A stretch of 64,000 nt of DNA from an uncultured delta proteobacterium. Its GTDB lineage: Bacteria; Desulfobacterota; Desulfobacteria; Desulfobacterales; Desulfatirhabdiaceae. The position numbers and the translations under genes are program-made. The notes under the pieces are model-generated. The model was not told where the DNA came from. It made no database searches and saw only the letters and a list, made by a program, of their open reading frames with translations. Location of the stretch: contig CAWBKP010000014.1 in assembly GCA_963789395.1 (NCBI GenBank), positions 320,001 through 384,000 on the forward strand. The letters run 5' to 3'. Below are positions 9,293-20,237 of the stretch, one piece after another (the stretch's first letter is position 1; each line of letters opens with the position of its first letter).

Positions 9293-9354
9293 ATTGACAC
9301 ATAGCACACTTAATCTTCATTGTGCTATCAAAACATGGCAATTGATTTGAGAAA

Positions 9355-9407
9355 GACCGGCTGAAGATAACAACCCGTATCTTCAGCCGGTCCGTAATGT
9401 TTTTTTA
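9355..9407 (+). terminator. Terminator hairpin after serC
   Basis: GACCGGCTGAAGATA...TATCTTCAGCCGGTC (15-bp stem), T-run nearby. Confidence 0.7.
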
Positions 9408-9538
9408 TGCAAACCAGCATGTTAAATTAAACATAACGAAGCATATAAGCTGATGAATTTGTAATTTTCCGTCGATCGTACCCTGATCGGCCGAATTGTG
9501 ATGACTTGCTTAAACACCCCACAACAGGAGGATTATCT

Positions 9539-11275
9539 ATGGATCAAATTCTAAGGATCAATATGGGCGCAGAAAATGGCCCGGCATTCCGGATTGAGCC
9601 CGCCGGAGACTATGCCGGTCTTGGCGGACGCGCCATGACTTCCGCGGTTGTCGCTAAAGAAGTGCCGCCCCTGTGTCACCCCCTGGGTGAAGACAACAAA
9701 CTGGTGATTGCGCCGGGAATGCTGAGCGGTTCCGCTGCCGCCATGTCCGGGAGGCTTTCCGTGGGATGCAAAAGCCCCTTGACCGGCGGGATCAAGGAAG
9801 CCAATTCCGGGGGCCAGGGCGCACAGGTGCTGGCCAGACTCGGCTATGCCGCCATCATTCTGGAAGGAAAACCCAAGGATGATACGCTGTACAAAGTTTT
9901 CATCAACAAGGACGGGGTCAAGATCACTGCCGACAACAGCCTGAAAATGCTGGGCAACTATGCGCTGGTGGATAAGATCAAGGCCGAATACGGAGAAAAA
10001 GTGGCCTGCATCTCCATCGGACAGGCCGGCGAGATGAAAATGGCCTCGGCAACGGTTGCGGTTACGGACATGGAACAGCGGCCCACCCGTCATGCCGGCC
10101 GCGGCGGCGTCGGCGCGGTCATGGGGTCCAAACAGGTCAAGGCCATTGTTCTGGATGATTCGGAAATGCCCATGCGCAGCCCGAAAAATGTCGAAAAATT
10201 CAAGGAAGCCAACAAAAATTTCGTTCAGGGCCTGCGCAAACATCCGGTTACCGGAGAAGGCCTTCCCACCTATGGCACCAATGTTCTCACCAACGTGATC
10301 AATGAAGCCGGCGGGTATCCAACGTATAATTTCAAAAAAGGTCAATTTGCCGGCGCTGCCAAGATCAGCGGCGAAGCACTGGCTGAACTTGAAAAAGCCA
10401 GGGGCAGCAACCCAACACACGGTTGCCACAAAGGCTGCGTGATCCGCTGCTCCGGAATTTTCGTGGACAAGGACGGAAATTTTCTGACCAAGCAGCCGGA
10501 ATATGAGACGGTCTGGGCCCATGGCGGCAATTGCGGCATCGATGATCTGGATGCCATCGCCATGATGGATCGCCTGGATGATGACTTCGGCATTGATACC
10601 ATCGAGATGGGTGCCACGATTGCGGTCGCCATGGATGCGGGAATTGCAAAATTCGGAGATGCCGATGCCGCCATCAACCTGATCAAGGAAGTGGGCAAGG
10701 GCACCCATCTGGGCCGCATTCTGGGCAACGGCGCCGGCCTGACCGGAAAAGTTTTCGGCATCGAACGAGTGCCGGTGGTAAAAAACCAGTCCATGCCGGC
10801 ATACGACCCCCGGGCTGTTCAGGGAATGGGCGTGACTTACGCGACCACAACAATGGGCGCAGATCATACCGCGGGATATGCGGTAACAGCCAACATTCTG
10901 GGCGTCGGCGGAAATGTCAATGCCTTGAAACCCGAAGGCCAGATCGAACTGTCCCGAAACCTTCAGATCGCCACCGCTGCCATCGACGCCTCCGGCATGT
11001 GCCTGTTTATCGCCTTTGCCATTCTGGATCAGCCGGAAACGTTTCAGTCGCTGGTGGATATCCTCAGCGCCTTTACCGGCCAGAACCTCACCGGCGATGA
11101 TGTGGTCGCTCTGGGCAAATCCATTTTGACAAACGAAAGGGATTTTAACGCCAGAGCCGGCTTCACCAGCAAGGATGACCGGCTTCCGGAATATTTCAAG
11201 AAAGAATCCCTGGCGCCGCACAACGTCATATTTGAGGTTAAAGACGAAGATCTGGACCAGGTATTCAACTGGTAG
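9539..11275 (+). CDS. aor: Aldehyde:ferredoxin oxidoreductase (W/Mo-pterin)
   Basis: KSPLTGGIKEANSGG, AGRGGVGAVMGSK, CxxGCxxxC (GCHKGCVIRC), PEYET, GIDTIE, YDPR, GADH; AGGAGG RBS. Confidence 0.95.
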   Translation: MDQILRINMGAENGPAFRIEPAGDYAGLGGRAMTSAVVAKEVPPLCHPLGEDNKLVIAPGMLSGSAAAMSGRLSVGCKSPLTGGIKEANSGGQGAQVLARLGYAAIILEGKPKDDTLYKVFINKDGVKITADNSLKMLGNYALVDKIKAEYGEKVACISIGQAGEMKMASATVAVTDMEQRPTRHAGRGGVGAVMGSKQVKAIVLDDSEMPMRSPKNVEKFKEANKNFVQGLRKHPVTGEGLPTYGTNVLTNVINEAGGYPTYNFKKGQFAGAAKISGEALAELEKARGSNPTHGCHKGCVIRCSGIFVDKDGNFLTKQPEYETVWAHGGNCGIDDLDAIAMMDRLDDDFGIDTIEMGATIAVAMDAGIAKFGDADAAINLIKEVGKGTHLGRILGNGAGLTGKVFGIERVPVVKNQSMPAYDPRAVQGMGVTYATTTMGADHTAGYAVTANILGVGGNVNALKPEGQIELSRNLQIATAAIDASGMCLFIAFAILDQPETFQSLVDILSAFTGQNLTGDDVVALGKSILTNERDFNARAGFTSKDDRLPEYFKKESLAPHNVIFEVKDEDLDQVFNW

Positions 11276-11292
11276 CCATCCGAGAATTCAGC

Positions 11293-11329
11293 GCACGCGG
11301 GAAAGCCTGTTTCAGGCTTTCCCGCGTGT
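11293..11329 (+). terminator. Hairpin after aor
   Basis: GCACGCGGGAAAGCCTG-TTT-CAGGCTTTCCCGCGTGT. Confidence 0.7.
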
Positions 11330-11485
11330 TGTTCCGATTCATCCATCCTGCCAAACCATTCTTACCTTTTGACTTCAGTTCCATATTTTGTTAATCAAAT
11401 AAAAGATGTATTCCTGCAAAGGTATTTCCTGATGAACTGGATTCACACAACACTGAAACCAATCTGATACCAAGGAGGCACTCGC

Positions 11486-13093
11486 ATGGGTAAGAAAACC
11501 GCTGTACTGATCACTGCTCTTGTATTTTTATTTACCGGCGCTGCGCTGGCTGCCGGTCCCAAATCCGGAGGAACCCTGATTTTCGGGCGCGGAGGGGATA
11601 GCGTGGGACTGGACCCCGCCTATGAAACCGACGGCAATTCATTCATGATCTGCGACAACGTACTGGAAGCTCTGGTAGAGTATGCTGATGAAACCACCGC
11701 CATCGAGCCGGGTCTGGCTGAATCCTGGGAAATCTCCCCGGATGCGAAGACCTACACCTTTCACCTGCGTAAAGGCGTAAAATTCCATGACGGCACCCCA
11801 TTTAATGCGGATGCGGTTGTTTTTTCACTCGGCAGGCAGATGAAAGAGCGAAAACTCAAGTTTTTCGGTAAAGGATGGGAAATCCCGGCCCAGGAAAAAA
11901 CCCCGGAATACTGGGTGACCATGGAAATGGACAATACCGTGGACAGCATCGAAGCCATCGATGACAATACCGTCGTTTTCAAGCTCAAAAGAGTGGAAGC
12001 ACCGTTTCTGGCCAATATGGGAATGGATTTCGCCGACATCATCAGCCCGACGGCTTTCTTGAAAAACCCCAAGGAATTCATACGAAATCCCGTTGGAACC
12101 GGCCCTTTCAAGTTCGTCAAATGGGTAAAGGATGACCAGATCCTTCTGGAAAAAAACACCGAGTACTGGGATAAAAAAGGCGGACCTTACCTGGACAAGC
12201 TGGTTTTCCGGGCGATTCCGGACAGCTCCGTCCGCTTTCTGGAACTGAAAGCCGGCAGCATTCACATCTGCCAGTTCCCGAATGCAGCCGATGTTCCGAT
12301 GGCCGCCAAAGATCCCAACCTGGTGGTCATTTCCCAGCCGGGCATGAACATCGGCTATCTGTCCTTTAACCATACCAAGCCCCTGTGGCAGAATCTGCAC
12401 ATGCGAAAAGCCATCGTCTACGCCATCAACCGGAAAGCCATCGTGGACAACATTTACCAGGGCATGGGCCAGGTTGCCAAAAACCCCATTCCGCCCACCA
12501 TGTGGAGTTATAATGACGCGGTTCAGGACTATCCGTTTGATCCGGAAATGGCCAAGAAAGAACTGGAACTGGCGGGTTTCCCCGGCGGAAATGGTCTTCC
12601 GGAAATCACGCTCTGGTCCATGCCGGTTGCCAGACCCTACAACCCGGAAGGCTTGAAAGTCGGCGTGGCCATGATCTCGGATCTGGCCAAAGTCGGCATC
12701 AAGGCAAGAATCGTCAGCTATGACTGGGGCACCTATTTGAAACGCCAGAAGGAACAACCCGAAGACATGGATCTGTTCCAGCTCGGCTGGACCGGCGACA
12801 ACGGTGATCCGGACAATTTTCTGGCGGTTCTCTTTGATGGACTGGCATCCTCCTCCGTCCGCACCCAGTGGAAAAACGAGGAATATCACAAATTGATGCT
12901 GGAGGGAAAACAGACCGTCGATCAGGCCAAACGCGTGGAAATTTATAAAAAAGCCCAGCAACTCATCCATGATGAAGTGGGCACCATTTGCGTGGCGCAT
13001 TCAACCGTCGTCAGTCCTCAGCTTAAAACCGTCAAGAATTTCAAACTCCATCCCACCCAGTCCATGCGGATTAAAAACGTCTGGCTGGAATAG
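11486..13093 (+). CDS. dppA: Dipeptide ABC transporter substrate-binding protein
   Basis: Signal peptide; PGLAESWEIS, YTFHLRKGVKFHDG, PVGTGPFKF, GWTGDNGDPDNFL. Confidence 0.93.
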   Translation: MGKKTAVLITALVFLFTGAALAAGPKSGGTLIFGRGGDSVGLDPAYETDGNSFMICDNVLEALVEYADETTAIEPGLAESWEISPDAKTYTFHLRKGVKFHDGTPFNADAVVFSLGRQMKERKLKFFGKGWEIPAQEKTPEYWVTMEMDNTVDSIEAIDDNTVVFKLKRVEAPFLANMGMDFADIISPTAFLKNPKEFIRNPVGTGPFKFVKWVKDDQILLEKNTEYWDKKGGPYLDKLVFRAIPDSSVRFLELKAGSIHICQFPNAADVPMAAKDPNLVVISQPGMNIGYLSFNHTKPLWQNLHMRKAIVYAINRKAIVDNIYQGMGQVAKNPIPPTMWSYNDAVQDYPFDPEMAKKELELAGFPGGNGLPEITLWSMPVARPYNPEGLKVGVAMISDLAKVGIKARIVSYDWGTYLKRQKEQPEDMDLFQLGWTGDNGDPDNFLAVLFDGLASSSVRTQWKNEEYHKLMLEGKQTVDQAKRVEIYKKAQQLIHDEVGTICVAHSTVVSPQLKTVKNFKLHPTQSMRIKNVWLE

Positions 13094-13142
13094 TCATCCA
13101 CCGCCTGGTGGTTCCCTCTTTGTGTTTCATATCCGGCCAAGT

Positions 13143-13230
13143 CCTCTCTTTTTAAGGGGAGGACTTAGGGGGGCTTTTCAATCGATTGCACGAAATCCCC
13201 CCTGGCCCCCCTTTCCAAAAGGGGGAACTT
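13143..13230. repeat. Inverted pair of REP-like palindromic repeats
   Basis: CCTCTCTTTTTAAGGGGAGGACTTAGGGGGGCTTTT ... AAATCCCCCCTGGCCCCCCTTTCCAAAAGGGGGAACTT. Confidence 0.75.
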
Positions 13231-13297
13231 TCTTCAAGCCACTCAAATGGCTCAAAAGAGATGGCATTGTTTCCCCTATTTCAGGATTCATGATCTC

Positions 13298-14302
13298 ATG
13301 ACGGCCTACATTCTTCGACGCGTACTGATGCTGTTTCCCACCCTTTTTGGGGTATCCATCATCGTCTTTCTCATGCTTCACATCACCCCCGGCGATCCGG
13401 CCGAATTGATGCTGGGAGAACGCGCAACGGATGCGGCCATTCAGGAAATCCGGGAGAATCTGGGGCTGAACAAACCCCTATACGTTCAGTACGGCCTGTT
13501 TATCGGCCGGCTCCTGCAGGGCGATCTCGGGGAAACCATCATGACCCAGCAAAAGGTCTGGATAGAAGTCAAGGAGCGTTTCCCGGCAACCATCGAGCTG
13601 ACGTTTGCGGCAATGATCATCAGCTGTTTTTTCGGGGTTATTTTCGGCATCATTTCGGCAATCCGGCAGCATTCCATTTTTGATTACCTGAGCATGATCG
13701 CCGCCCTGATCGGGGTCAGCATGCCCATTTTCTGGCTGGGCCTGGTGCTGATGCTCATCTTTTCCCTGTTTCTCGGATGGGTTCCCATGTCCGGAAGGAT
13801 GACGATCGGCGTGGACCTGGATCCCAGAACCCAGTTTTATATTCTGGATGCCATTCTCGCCGGAAACTGGACCGCCTTGAAAGATGTTCTCTGGCATTTA
13901 ATTCTTCCAGCCATAACGCTTAGCAGCATCCCCATGGCCATTGTGGCCCGGATGACCCGATCCAGCATGCTCGATGTGCTGCGGCAGGATTACATCAAAA
14001 CCGCCAAAGCCAAGGGCCTTTCCGAATTCAAGGTCGTTATCAAGCATGGCCTTCGAAATGCCCTGATTCCGGTTGTAACGACCATCGGGCTTCAATTCGG
14101 CATTCTTCTGGGCGGCGCGATATTGACCGAAACGATTTTTGCCTGGCCGGGCGTCGGGAAATGGATGTTTGATGCGGTCATGAAGCGCGATTACGCGGTC
14201 ATTCAGGGCGGCACGCTTTTTATAGCATCCACCTTTATTGTCATCAATTTGATTGTAGATGTTCTGTACGCAGTAATCAATCCCCGTATCAGCGTTAAAT
14301 AG
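13298..14302 (+). CDS. dppB: Dipeptide ABC transporter permease
   Basis: YILRR, PGDPA, RFPATIELT, RSSMLDVLRQDYIKTAKAKG. Confidence 0.93.
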   Translation: MTAYILRRVLMLFPTLFGVSIIVFLMLHITPGDPAELMLGERATDAAIQEIRENLGLNKPLYVQYGLFIGRLLQGDLGETIMTQQKVWIEVKERFPATIELTFAAMIISCFFGVIFGIISAIRQHSIFDYLSMIAALIGVSMPIFWLGLVLMLIFSLFLGWVPMSGRMTIGVDLDPRTQFYILDAILAGNWTALKDVLWHLILPAITLSSIPMAIVARMTRSSMLDVLRQDYIKTAKAKGLSEFKVVIKHGLRNALIPVVTTIGLQFGILLGGAILTETIFAWPGVGKWMFDAVMKRDYAVIQGGTLFIASTFIVINLIVDVLYAVINPRISVK

Positions 14303-14429
14303 GTCAAGCGCAGGAAAGTTTTACGGGCTTGCCTGACATCATTTATTGATTTTCTGCTGATTTGTGTCAGGAAGACGCTAAAAAACCGCTACACCCTGGC
14401 CTAACTTACGATAGATCAAAAAGAAGCTT

Positions 14430-15324
14430 ATGCCTATCCTAAGTTCTACTCAGAATATCGAAGACCGCCATCCTTTCTGGGATCAGATCGAACAGATCTG
14501 GCGAAACAAGACCGCGGTTGCCGGCTTCTATCATTGTTCTGATTTTTATCCTGACGGCTTTGTTTGCCCCACTGCTCAGTCCGCAGAGCGCTGTTGAGGC
14601 CTCTCTCTATGACCAGCTGAAGCCGCCGGTCTGGTATGATGCCGGAACATGGAAAAACGTTCTGGGAACCGACGATCTGGGCCGGGATATTTTATCCAGG
14701 CTCATTTACGGGGCCAGGGTCTCTTTGATGGTTGCTGTTTTCAGCGTGGCCGTGGCTTTTTTTGTCGGGTCGCTTCTCGGGGCCATTGCCGGCTATTACA
14801 AGGGATTTCGAGACAGCATCATCATGCGTTCCATGGACATTCTGCTGGCCTTTCCCAGCATACTTCTGGCCATTGTCATGGTCGCATACCTTGGGCCGAG
14901 CCTGAGAAACGCCATGCTGGCGATCGGCATCATATACATTCCCCGCTATGCCCGCATTGTCCGGGCTTCGGTTCTGGAAGAATGCGAAAAGGACTATGTG
15001 ACCGCATCCCGGGCCGTCGGGGCCAAAAACCTGCGGATCATTTTTATCACCATTTTCCCCAACTGCCTGGGGCCGCTCATCGTCCAGACAACGCTCGGGT
15101 TTGCATCGGCGATTCTGGATGCGGCGGCCTTGAGCTTTCTGGGGCTGGGGGCCCAGCCGCCGACGCCCGAATGGGGCGCCATGATCGCAGACGGCCGGTC
15201 CATGGCCCTTCGGGCCTGGTGGGTCATGACCATGCCGGGCCTGTCCATATTGATTGCGGTTCTGGGGTTTAATCTGTTCGGCGACGGGCTCCGGGACGTT
15301 CTGGACCCGCGGATGAGAGACTAA
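14430..15324 (+). CDS. dppC: Dipeptide ABC transporter permease (+1 frameshift near 14529)
   Basis: ATG 14430 gives MPILSS...FWDQIEQIWRNKTAVAG, which continues in the next frame as IIVLIFILTALFAPLL; LGTDDLGRDILSRLIYGAR, PPTPEWG. Confidence 0.88.
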
Positions 15325-15330
15325 GGGAAC

Positions 15331-16311
15331 ATGGATCCTACACCACAACCGGTTGTCGATATTCAGCACCTGCGAACCTATTTTTATGTGCGCGGCCAGA
15401 TTGCCAGGGCGGTCGATGACGTGAGCCTGACCATTCCTTCCGGCCAGACCCTGGGACTGGTGGGGGAGTCCGGCTGCGGAAAAAGCGTGACCGCCCATTC
15501 CATCATTCGGCTGATTCCCGAACCTCCGGGGAAAATTGTCGGCGGCAGCATCGATTTTGAAGGAACCAATCTTCTTTCGCTTTCCGAACCCCAGATGCGA
15601 AAAATCAGGGGCAACCGGATTTCCATGATTTTTCAGGAGCCCATGACGGCTTTGAATCCGGTGTATTCGGTCGGCAATCAGGTGGGAGAATCCATCCGCA
15701 TCCATCAGAAAACATCCGGAAAAGAAGTCCGGGACCGGGTCGTCGATATGTTCCGACTGGTGGGAATTCCGGCTCCGGAAAAGCGGATGCATGACTATCC
15801 CCATCAGATGAGCGGCGGCATGCGCCAGCGGGTCGTTATCGCCATGGCGCTGGCCTGCAACCCCCGTCTGATGATTGCCGATGAACCGACCACCGCCCTG
15901 GATGTGACCATTCAGGCCCAGATTCTGGATCTCATGAACCAGCTCAAATCCGAGATCGGTGCCTCCATTCTGTTCATCACGCATGACCTGGGCGTCATTG
16001 CCGAAATGGCCCAGAATGTTGCCGTCATGTACGCCGGGAAAGTGGTGGAATATGCGGATGTGAACGCCTTGTTCGCCGATCCCAAACATCCCTACACCGT
16101 CGGGCTGCTTCAGTCCATTCCCGTCATTGGCAGGAATGCCGGAAAGCGCCTGAATACCATCACGGGCATGGTCCCATCGCTTTTGAATCTGCCGTCCGGA
16201 TGCATGTTTAACGACAGGTGCCCGGACGTGTTTTCCGACTGCCGGCAAATTGAACCCGAAATGGTTGCCGCAGGACCCCATCATGTTGCACGGTGCCTCA
16301 AATATGTCTGA
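15331..16311 (+). CDS. dppD: Dipeptide ABC transporter ATPase
   Basis: [27 protein letters not shown]-terminal Cys motif. Confidence 0.93.
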   Translation: MDPTPQPVVDIQHLRTYFYVRGQIARAVDDVSLTIPSGQTLGLVGESGCGKSVTAHSIIRLIPEPPGKIVGGSIDFEGTNLLSLSEPQMRKIRGNRISMIFQEPMTALNPVYSVGNQVGESIRIHQKTSGKEVRDRVVDMFRLVGIPAPEKRMHDYPHQMSGGMRQRVVIAMALACNPRLMIADEPTTALDVTIQAQILDLMNQLKSEIGASILFITHDLGVIAEMAQNVAVMYAGKVVEYADVNALFADPKHPYTVGLLQSIPVIGRNAGKRLNTITGMVPSLLNLPSGCMFNDRCPDVFSDCRQIEPEMVAAGPHHVARCLKYV

Positions 16312-17305
16312 GCCTGAATCCGGACCCCGCACGCTTATTCGCGCAAGCAACATCGTCAAGCATTATCCCATTCTGGGCGGCGTGTTTCTCAAACAGATCG
16401 CGGCCGTTAAAGCGGTTGACGGCGTTTCCCTTTCGATCCTGCAGGGCGAAACACTTGGCCTTGTGGGAGAGTCGGGCTGCGGAAAGTCGACGCTGGGCCG
16501 CGCCATTCTTCGCCTGGAAGAACCCACATCCGGAGAAATTTTTTTTGAAGGCGAAAATATTCTCTTGTTCTCGCCGGAGCAGGTGCGCAACCTCAGAAAG
16601 CAGATGCAGATCATTTTCCAGGATCCGTTTTCATCCCTGAATCCCAGAAAATCCGTTTCCCAGATTATCGGCGAGCCGCTCTTGATTCACGGCATGAAAC
16701 GCAGGGAAGAAAGAGACCAGCGGGTGCTGGATCTGCTTGAAGTCGTCGGCCTCAGACAGGAGCACATGCGGCGCTATCCCCATCAGTTTTCCGGAGGCCA
16801 GCGCCAGAGAATCGGGATCGCCAGGGCACTTGCCCTGAATCCCAAACTGGTGATCTGCGATGAGGCGGTATCGGCCCTGGATGTCTCCATTCAGGCCCAG
16901 GTGATCAATCTTTTGAAAGACCTGCAGAACGAGTTCGGCCTGACCTATCTCTTTATTTCGCATGATTTGAGCGTTGTGGAATACATCAGCGACCGCGTGG
17001 CCGTCATGTATCTTGGTAAGATCGTTGAGGTAGCCAACAGCAGCGAACTCTATGCACGCCCCCTTCATCCCTACACACAGGCCCTGCTTTCGGCCTCTCC
17101 CCTGCCGGACCCGACCTTGAAGCGCCATCGCATCATTTTAAAAGGCGATGTTCCCAGCCCCATCGATCCGCCGTCCGGATGCCGGTTTCACACGCGGTGC
17201 CTGTACGCACAGGATGTCTGCAACCAGAAAGAACCGGAGCTTATCGATATCCAGGGCGATCATCAGGCTGCCTGCTTTTTTGCCGGGTCGGTCGGTACGG
17301 CATAA
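16304..17305 (+). CDS. dppF: Dipeptide ABC transporter ATPase
   Basis: [34 protein letters not shown]. Confidence 0.93.
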   Translation: MSEPESGPRTLIRASNIVKHYPILGGVFLKQIAAVKAVDGVSLSILQGETLGLVGESGCGKSTLGRAILRLEEPTSGEIFFEGENILLFSPEQVRNLRKQMQIIFQDPFSSLNPRKSVSQIIGEPLLIHGMKRREERDQRVLDLLEVVGLRQEHMRRYPHQFSGGQRQRIGIARALALNPKLVICDEAVSALDVSIQAQVINLLKDLQNEFGLTYLFISHDLSVVEYISDRVAVMYLGKIVEVANSSELYARPLHPYTQALLSASPLPDPTLKRHRIILKGDVPSPIDPPSGCRFHTRCLYAQDVCNQKEPELIDIQGDHQAACFFAGSVGTA

Positions 17306-19257
17306 AAACGGTTCCGATCGAGCAGGCCGAATCTTCTCAGCGTCAAATAGCGGATCATTACATAAAGCGCTTTTATAAAACCCGTCCGATTGCCGGCAGG
17401 CTGTTGCCTTCGGGAAGTTGCGGCCGCAGCGCCGGGTATAAAGACGGTTGCCCCGGCTTCTTTCATGCAAAGAGACAGCTCGATATCCTCCATAAGCCTG
17501 ATATCCGGAAAACGCACCGGGAATGCCCCGCGCCTGAAGAACATCGCCTGATTGCCGAGAGAAACGCCGGAGGCAAGCGCCCAGAGGTGGTTCAACAGCT
17601 CTTTCAGCCGCATGCTGATCCGTGAATCCTCATGGATGCCCCCGAAACATCCCCCCACAATGCCGTCGTTTTCCGCAAGCGCTTTCATCATCCGGGAAAC
17701 GGCGCCAGGCAAGAGTCTGGAATCCGCAGGCAGCAGGATGACAACATCGTTTATGGCAGTACGGATGCCGTCGCAGATCTGCGTCCCCCTCTCGGACACG
17801 GAGGAAACCATCTTCACATCCGGAAACGATTGGACGATGTCAGGATTCCCATCCATGGTGCCGCCACTGACGACAATAATTTCAGCCGGGAAATCCTGAA
17901 TTTTAATGGACTGAATGCACTCAGAAATATTCTGCGCATCATTCTCCATCGGAATGATTGCGGACACGCTGTGAACCGACGGAAACCGGACCGGCCAGTA
18001 TTGGCGATTTTTCCAGAAACACCAGATCCCGGCAGCAATAAAGGGAAGAAATTCGATTCCCTGAAGCAGGGGCAAGTTATGCCAGAATGGGTGGGTGGCC
18101 CAGGGGTGGAAATAGAAAACCAGCGGTAGAATCGTTGCATGCAGAATGATCCAGGGTGTGGGACGGTACAATACCAGAAACGGGGTGAGCAGCAGCAGAT
18201 ACCAGGTGTGAAATGTCGGCGCAAAAATCAGAAAAATGGCGGATAAGAGGAACACAGACCTGAGCCTGTCAGGGCTTATAAAAAAAACAAAACCGGAAAG
18301 GCCAGCCGCGCAAAACATGGCAATCCAGGTTGAAGGAACTTCCCCAAAGAGGCTCTGATAAACATAATTGAACGGTCCATTAAAGCCGAAATCGGAGATA
18401 AAGGTATTTAAAGAGGACAGGAAATTGATTCCGGGATCATAATAAAGCAACATCAGTGAAAACGGCAGCAGAAAAAGGGGGATGTATTTGAGATTGTCGC
18501 GATCGACTAGCAGGGGCAGAAAGATGATTGGTGTCAGTTTTGTCATGACAGCCAGACCGAGCGCCGGATACATCAGCCATGGCTTCTTCTGCTGGCATCC
18601 ATAAAGGGACAGCACCGTCCAGAAAACAAGGATACTTTCAAGATGGCCTTGACCGGACACGGAAATGATCGTCATGGGATTCAGCGCATACAGGACAATT
18701 TCCCTGAAATCAAGGGAAAACGGGCGTATCATGAGCAGCAGCAGAAAAATCGTTCCTATATCAAAAAACACAAGAATTGTTTCAAAAAACCAGTGGGATG
18801 GCGATATGGCGGCTCCCGCCTTAAACAGGATCTGCGCAAATGGCCAGTAAATGGCCGGGATATATTTAAAATTGACGCCTTCCCAGTTTTCATTTCTGAG
18901 GTGTGCCAGTTCTTCGGCTTCAGGGGCAAGCAGATACGGGTTATACCCCGAAAGCTGGATTTCCCCTTCCCAGACATACCGGTTGATATCGCTGTTTGCC
19001 GGAAACTGAAAAATCGCAACGGCCCTTACAAGAAGCGCCAGAAAGATAACTGCAAAAAGCATCCGCCTTCCGGACCAGCACTTCATAATCCAGAGCATGC
19101 TCAGGAACATACCCACCGATCCAATCAGATAAAAGGGACTTCCGACAACGTTTTTCCCGGGAACCAGCAGAAACGCCGAAAAAATGGCATAGGCAATCAA
19201 AGCGCCAATGCTGTATCTTTTCTGGTGAAACAGATTTTTCAATTTGACCTCAGCCAC
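17263..19257 (-). CDS. Fusion of a GT-C (DUF2029/GT87-like) membrane glycosyltransferase and a GT2-like domain
   Basis: [10 protein letters not shown]...GYNPY...YALNP...GHLE with many TM helices; C-terminal VSAIIP...EIIVVS...LPADSRL...LMEDIELS. Confidence 0.75.
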   Translation of the reverse strand: MAEVKLKNLFHQKRYSIGALIAYAIFSAFLLVPGKNVVGSPFYLIGSVGMFLSMLWIMKCWSGRRMLFAVIFLALLVRAVAIFQFPANSDINRYVWEGEIQLSGYNPYLLAPEAEELAHLRNENWEGVNFKYIPAIYWPFAQILFKAGAAISPSHWFFETILVFFDIGTIFLLLLMIRPFSLDFREIVLYALNPMTIISVSGQGHLESILVFWTVLSLYGCQQKKPWLMYPALGLAVMTKLTPIIFLPLLVDRDNLKYIPLFLLPFSLMLLYYDPGINFLSSLNTFISDFGFNGPFNYVYQSLFGEVPSTWIAMFCAAGLSGFVFFISPDRLRSVFLLSAIFLIFAPTFHTWYLLLLTPFLVLYRPTPWIILHATILPLVFYFHPWATHPFWHNLPLLQGIEFLPFIAAGIWCFWKNRQYWPVRFPSVHSVSAIIPMENDAQNISECIQSIKIQDFPAEIIVVSGGTMDGNPDIVQSFPDVKMVSSVSERGTQICDGIRTAINDVVILLPADSRLLPGAVSRMMKALAENDGIVGGCFGGIHEDSRISMRLKELLNHLWALASGVSLGNQAMFFRRGAFPVRFPDIRLMEDIELSLCMKEAGATVFIPGAAAATSRRQQPAGNRTGFIKALYVMIRYLTLRRFGLLDRNRFYAVPTDPAKKQAA

Positions 19258-19717
19258 TCGGAAACTCTGGAATCATGTGAGTTTTGCAACTACGAGATTC
19301 CTTTATATAACCAGTGCGTTGATAAGGCAATAAAACAATCCGGGAAACCACAAGGACGAAAATCACTGGAAGATATTTGCCGGCAAGATCAAACATGAAA
19401 ATCTCCGCCGTCCGGCGCTTCAGGAGGAATTTGCCAGAATTATCCCGGGATGGACTGTATTGGGCAAGTAATCGCCTCTCCTTTTTTTATTTTTCTTGAT
19501 GGGTTCCTTTCCGCAATTCTCATTTCCCCCCTTTTTATATTGACATAAGCCACTGAAGGCCTATACAAAAACACGGAAAAGTGCTTCATGGCAGTATTAC
19601 TATTTTTCGAACAGGCTTGTTGTCACGAATGCGGGGGGTGTTTGTTCTTTAACTCCGGCTACGCACCAACGGGCCAAATCCGTCGGAATACCGCGAATGT
19701 CTGAAATCGGGGGGGCA

Positions 19718-20053
19718 ATGTTTAATAAGCGCAGCAATACTGGATACAAACAGGCTGTCGAGGGTATCAGTCTGAAAACACTGGCATATGGAACGAAAAC
19801 GCTTCTTGCTGAATTTCGCCTGGAAAGAGGTGCTCAGCTGCCTCGTCACGCCCACCCGCATGAGCAGACAGGATATCTGGTATCCGGATGCATCCGGCTT
19901 TCCATCGGAGAGGATACGTTTGACGTGGAACCAGGCGACAGCTGGTGCATTCCCGGGAATGTAGAGCATGGCGCCGAAGTTCTTGAAAATGCCGTTGCCG
20001 TCGAAGCTTTCTCGCCGGTTCGGGAAGATTATCTGCCGGACAAACCGGTCTGA
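19718..20053 (+). CDS. Cupin domain protein
   Basis: HAHPHEQTGY, PGNVEH, FSPVREDY. Confidence 0.88.
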   Translation: MFNKRSNTGYKQAVEGISLKTLAYGTKTLLAEFRLERGAQLPRHAHPHEQTGYLVSGCIRLSIGEDTFDVEPGDSWCIPGNVEHGAEVLENAVAVEAFSPVREDYLPDKPV

Positions 20054-20057
20054 ATCG

Positions 20058-20131
20058 TCACATATCAAAGTTTTCGACAATACGGATTCCCGACGCCATC
20101 GCCTTCCGGTTCATGTCCAGAAAGCTGGGGG
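20058..20131 (-). pseudogene. Relic of the 3' end of a korC paralog
   Basis: 26 bp identical to 58036-58061; reads PSFLDMNRKAMASGIRIVENFDM* versus PGFLDMNRKALELGIKIVRDLNISV*. Confidence 0.75.
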
Positions 20132-20237
20132 CGGGAGAATACGGGCTCCGGCGAACTGGTGGACTTCCGTTGGATTCTATCTTCTAATTTGCAGGTCCTT
20201 CAGGGGTAACACATTTGACAGGCCGATATTTATCCGG

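Noticed and set aside
9551..11221. Long antisense ORFs (also 8264..9307, 11825..13000, 14692..16359, 40080..41267, 50428..51480)
   Set aside because: Shadow frames opposite well-supported genes; no recognisable motifs.
13143..13230. Repeats as a CRISPR array
   Set aside because: Inverted and dispersed, with no regular spacers and no cas genes.
19365..19470. Possible further gene relics (also 29720-29820)
   Set aside because: Coding-like composition but no family could be assigned by eye.
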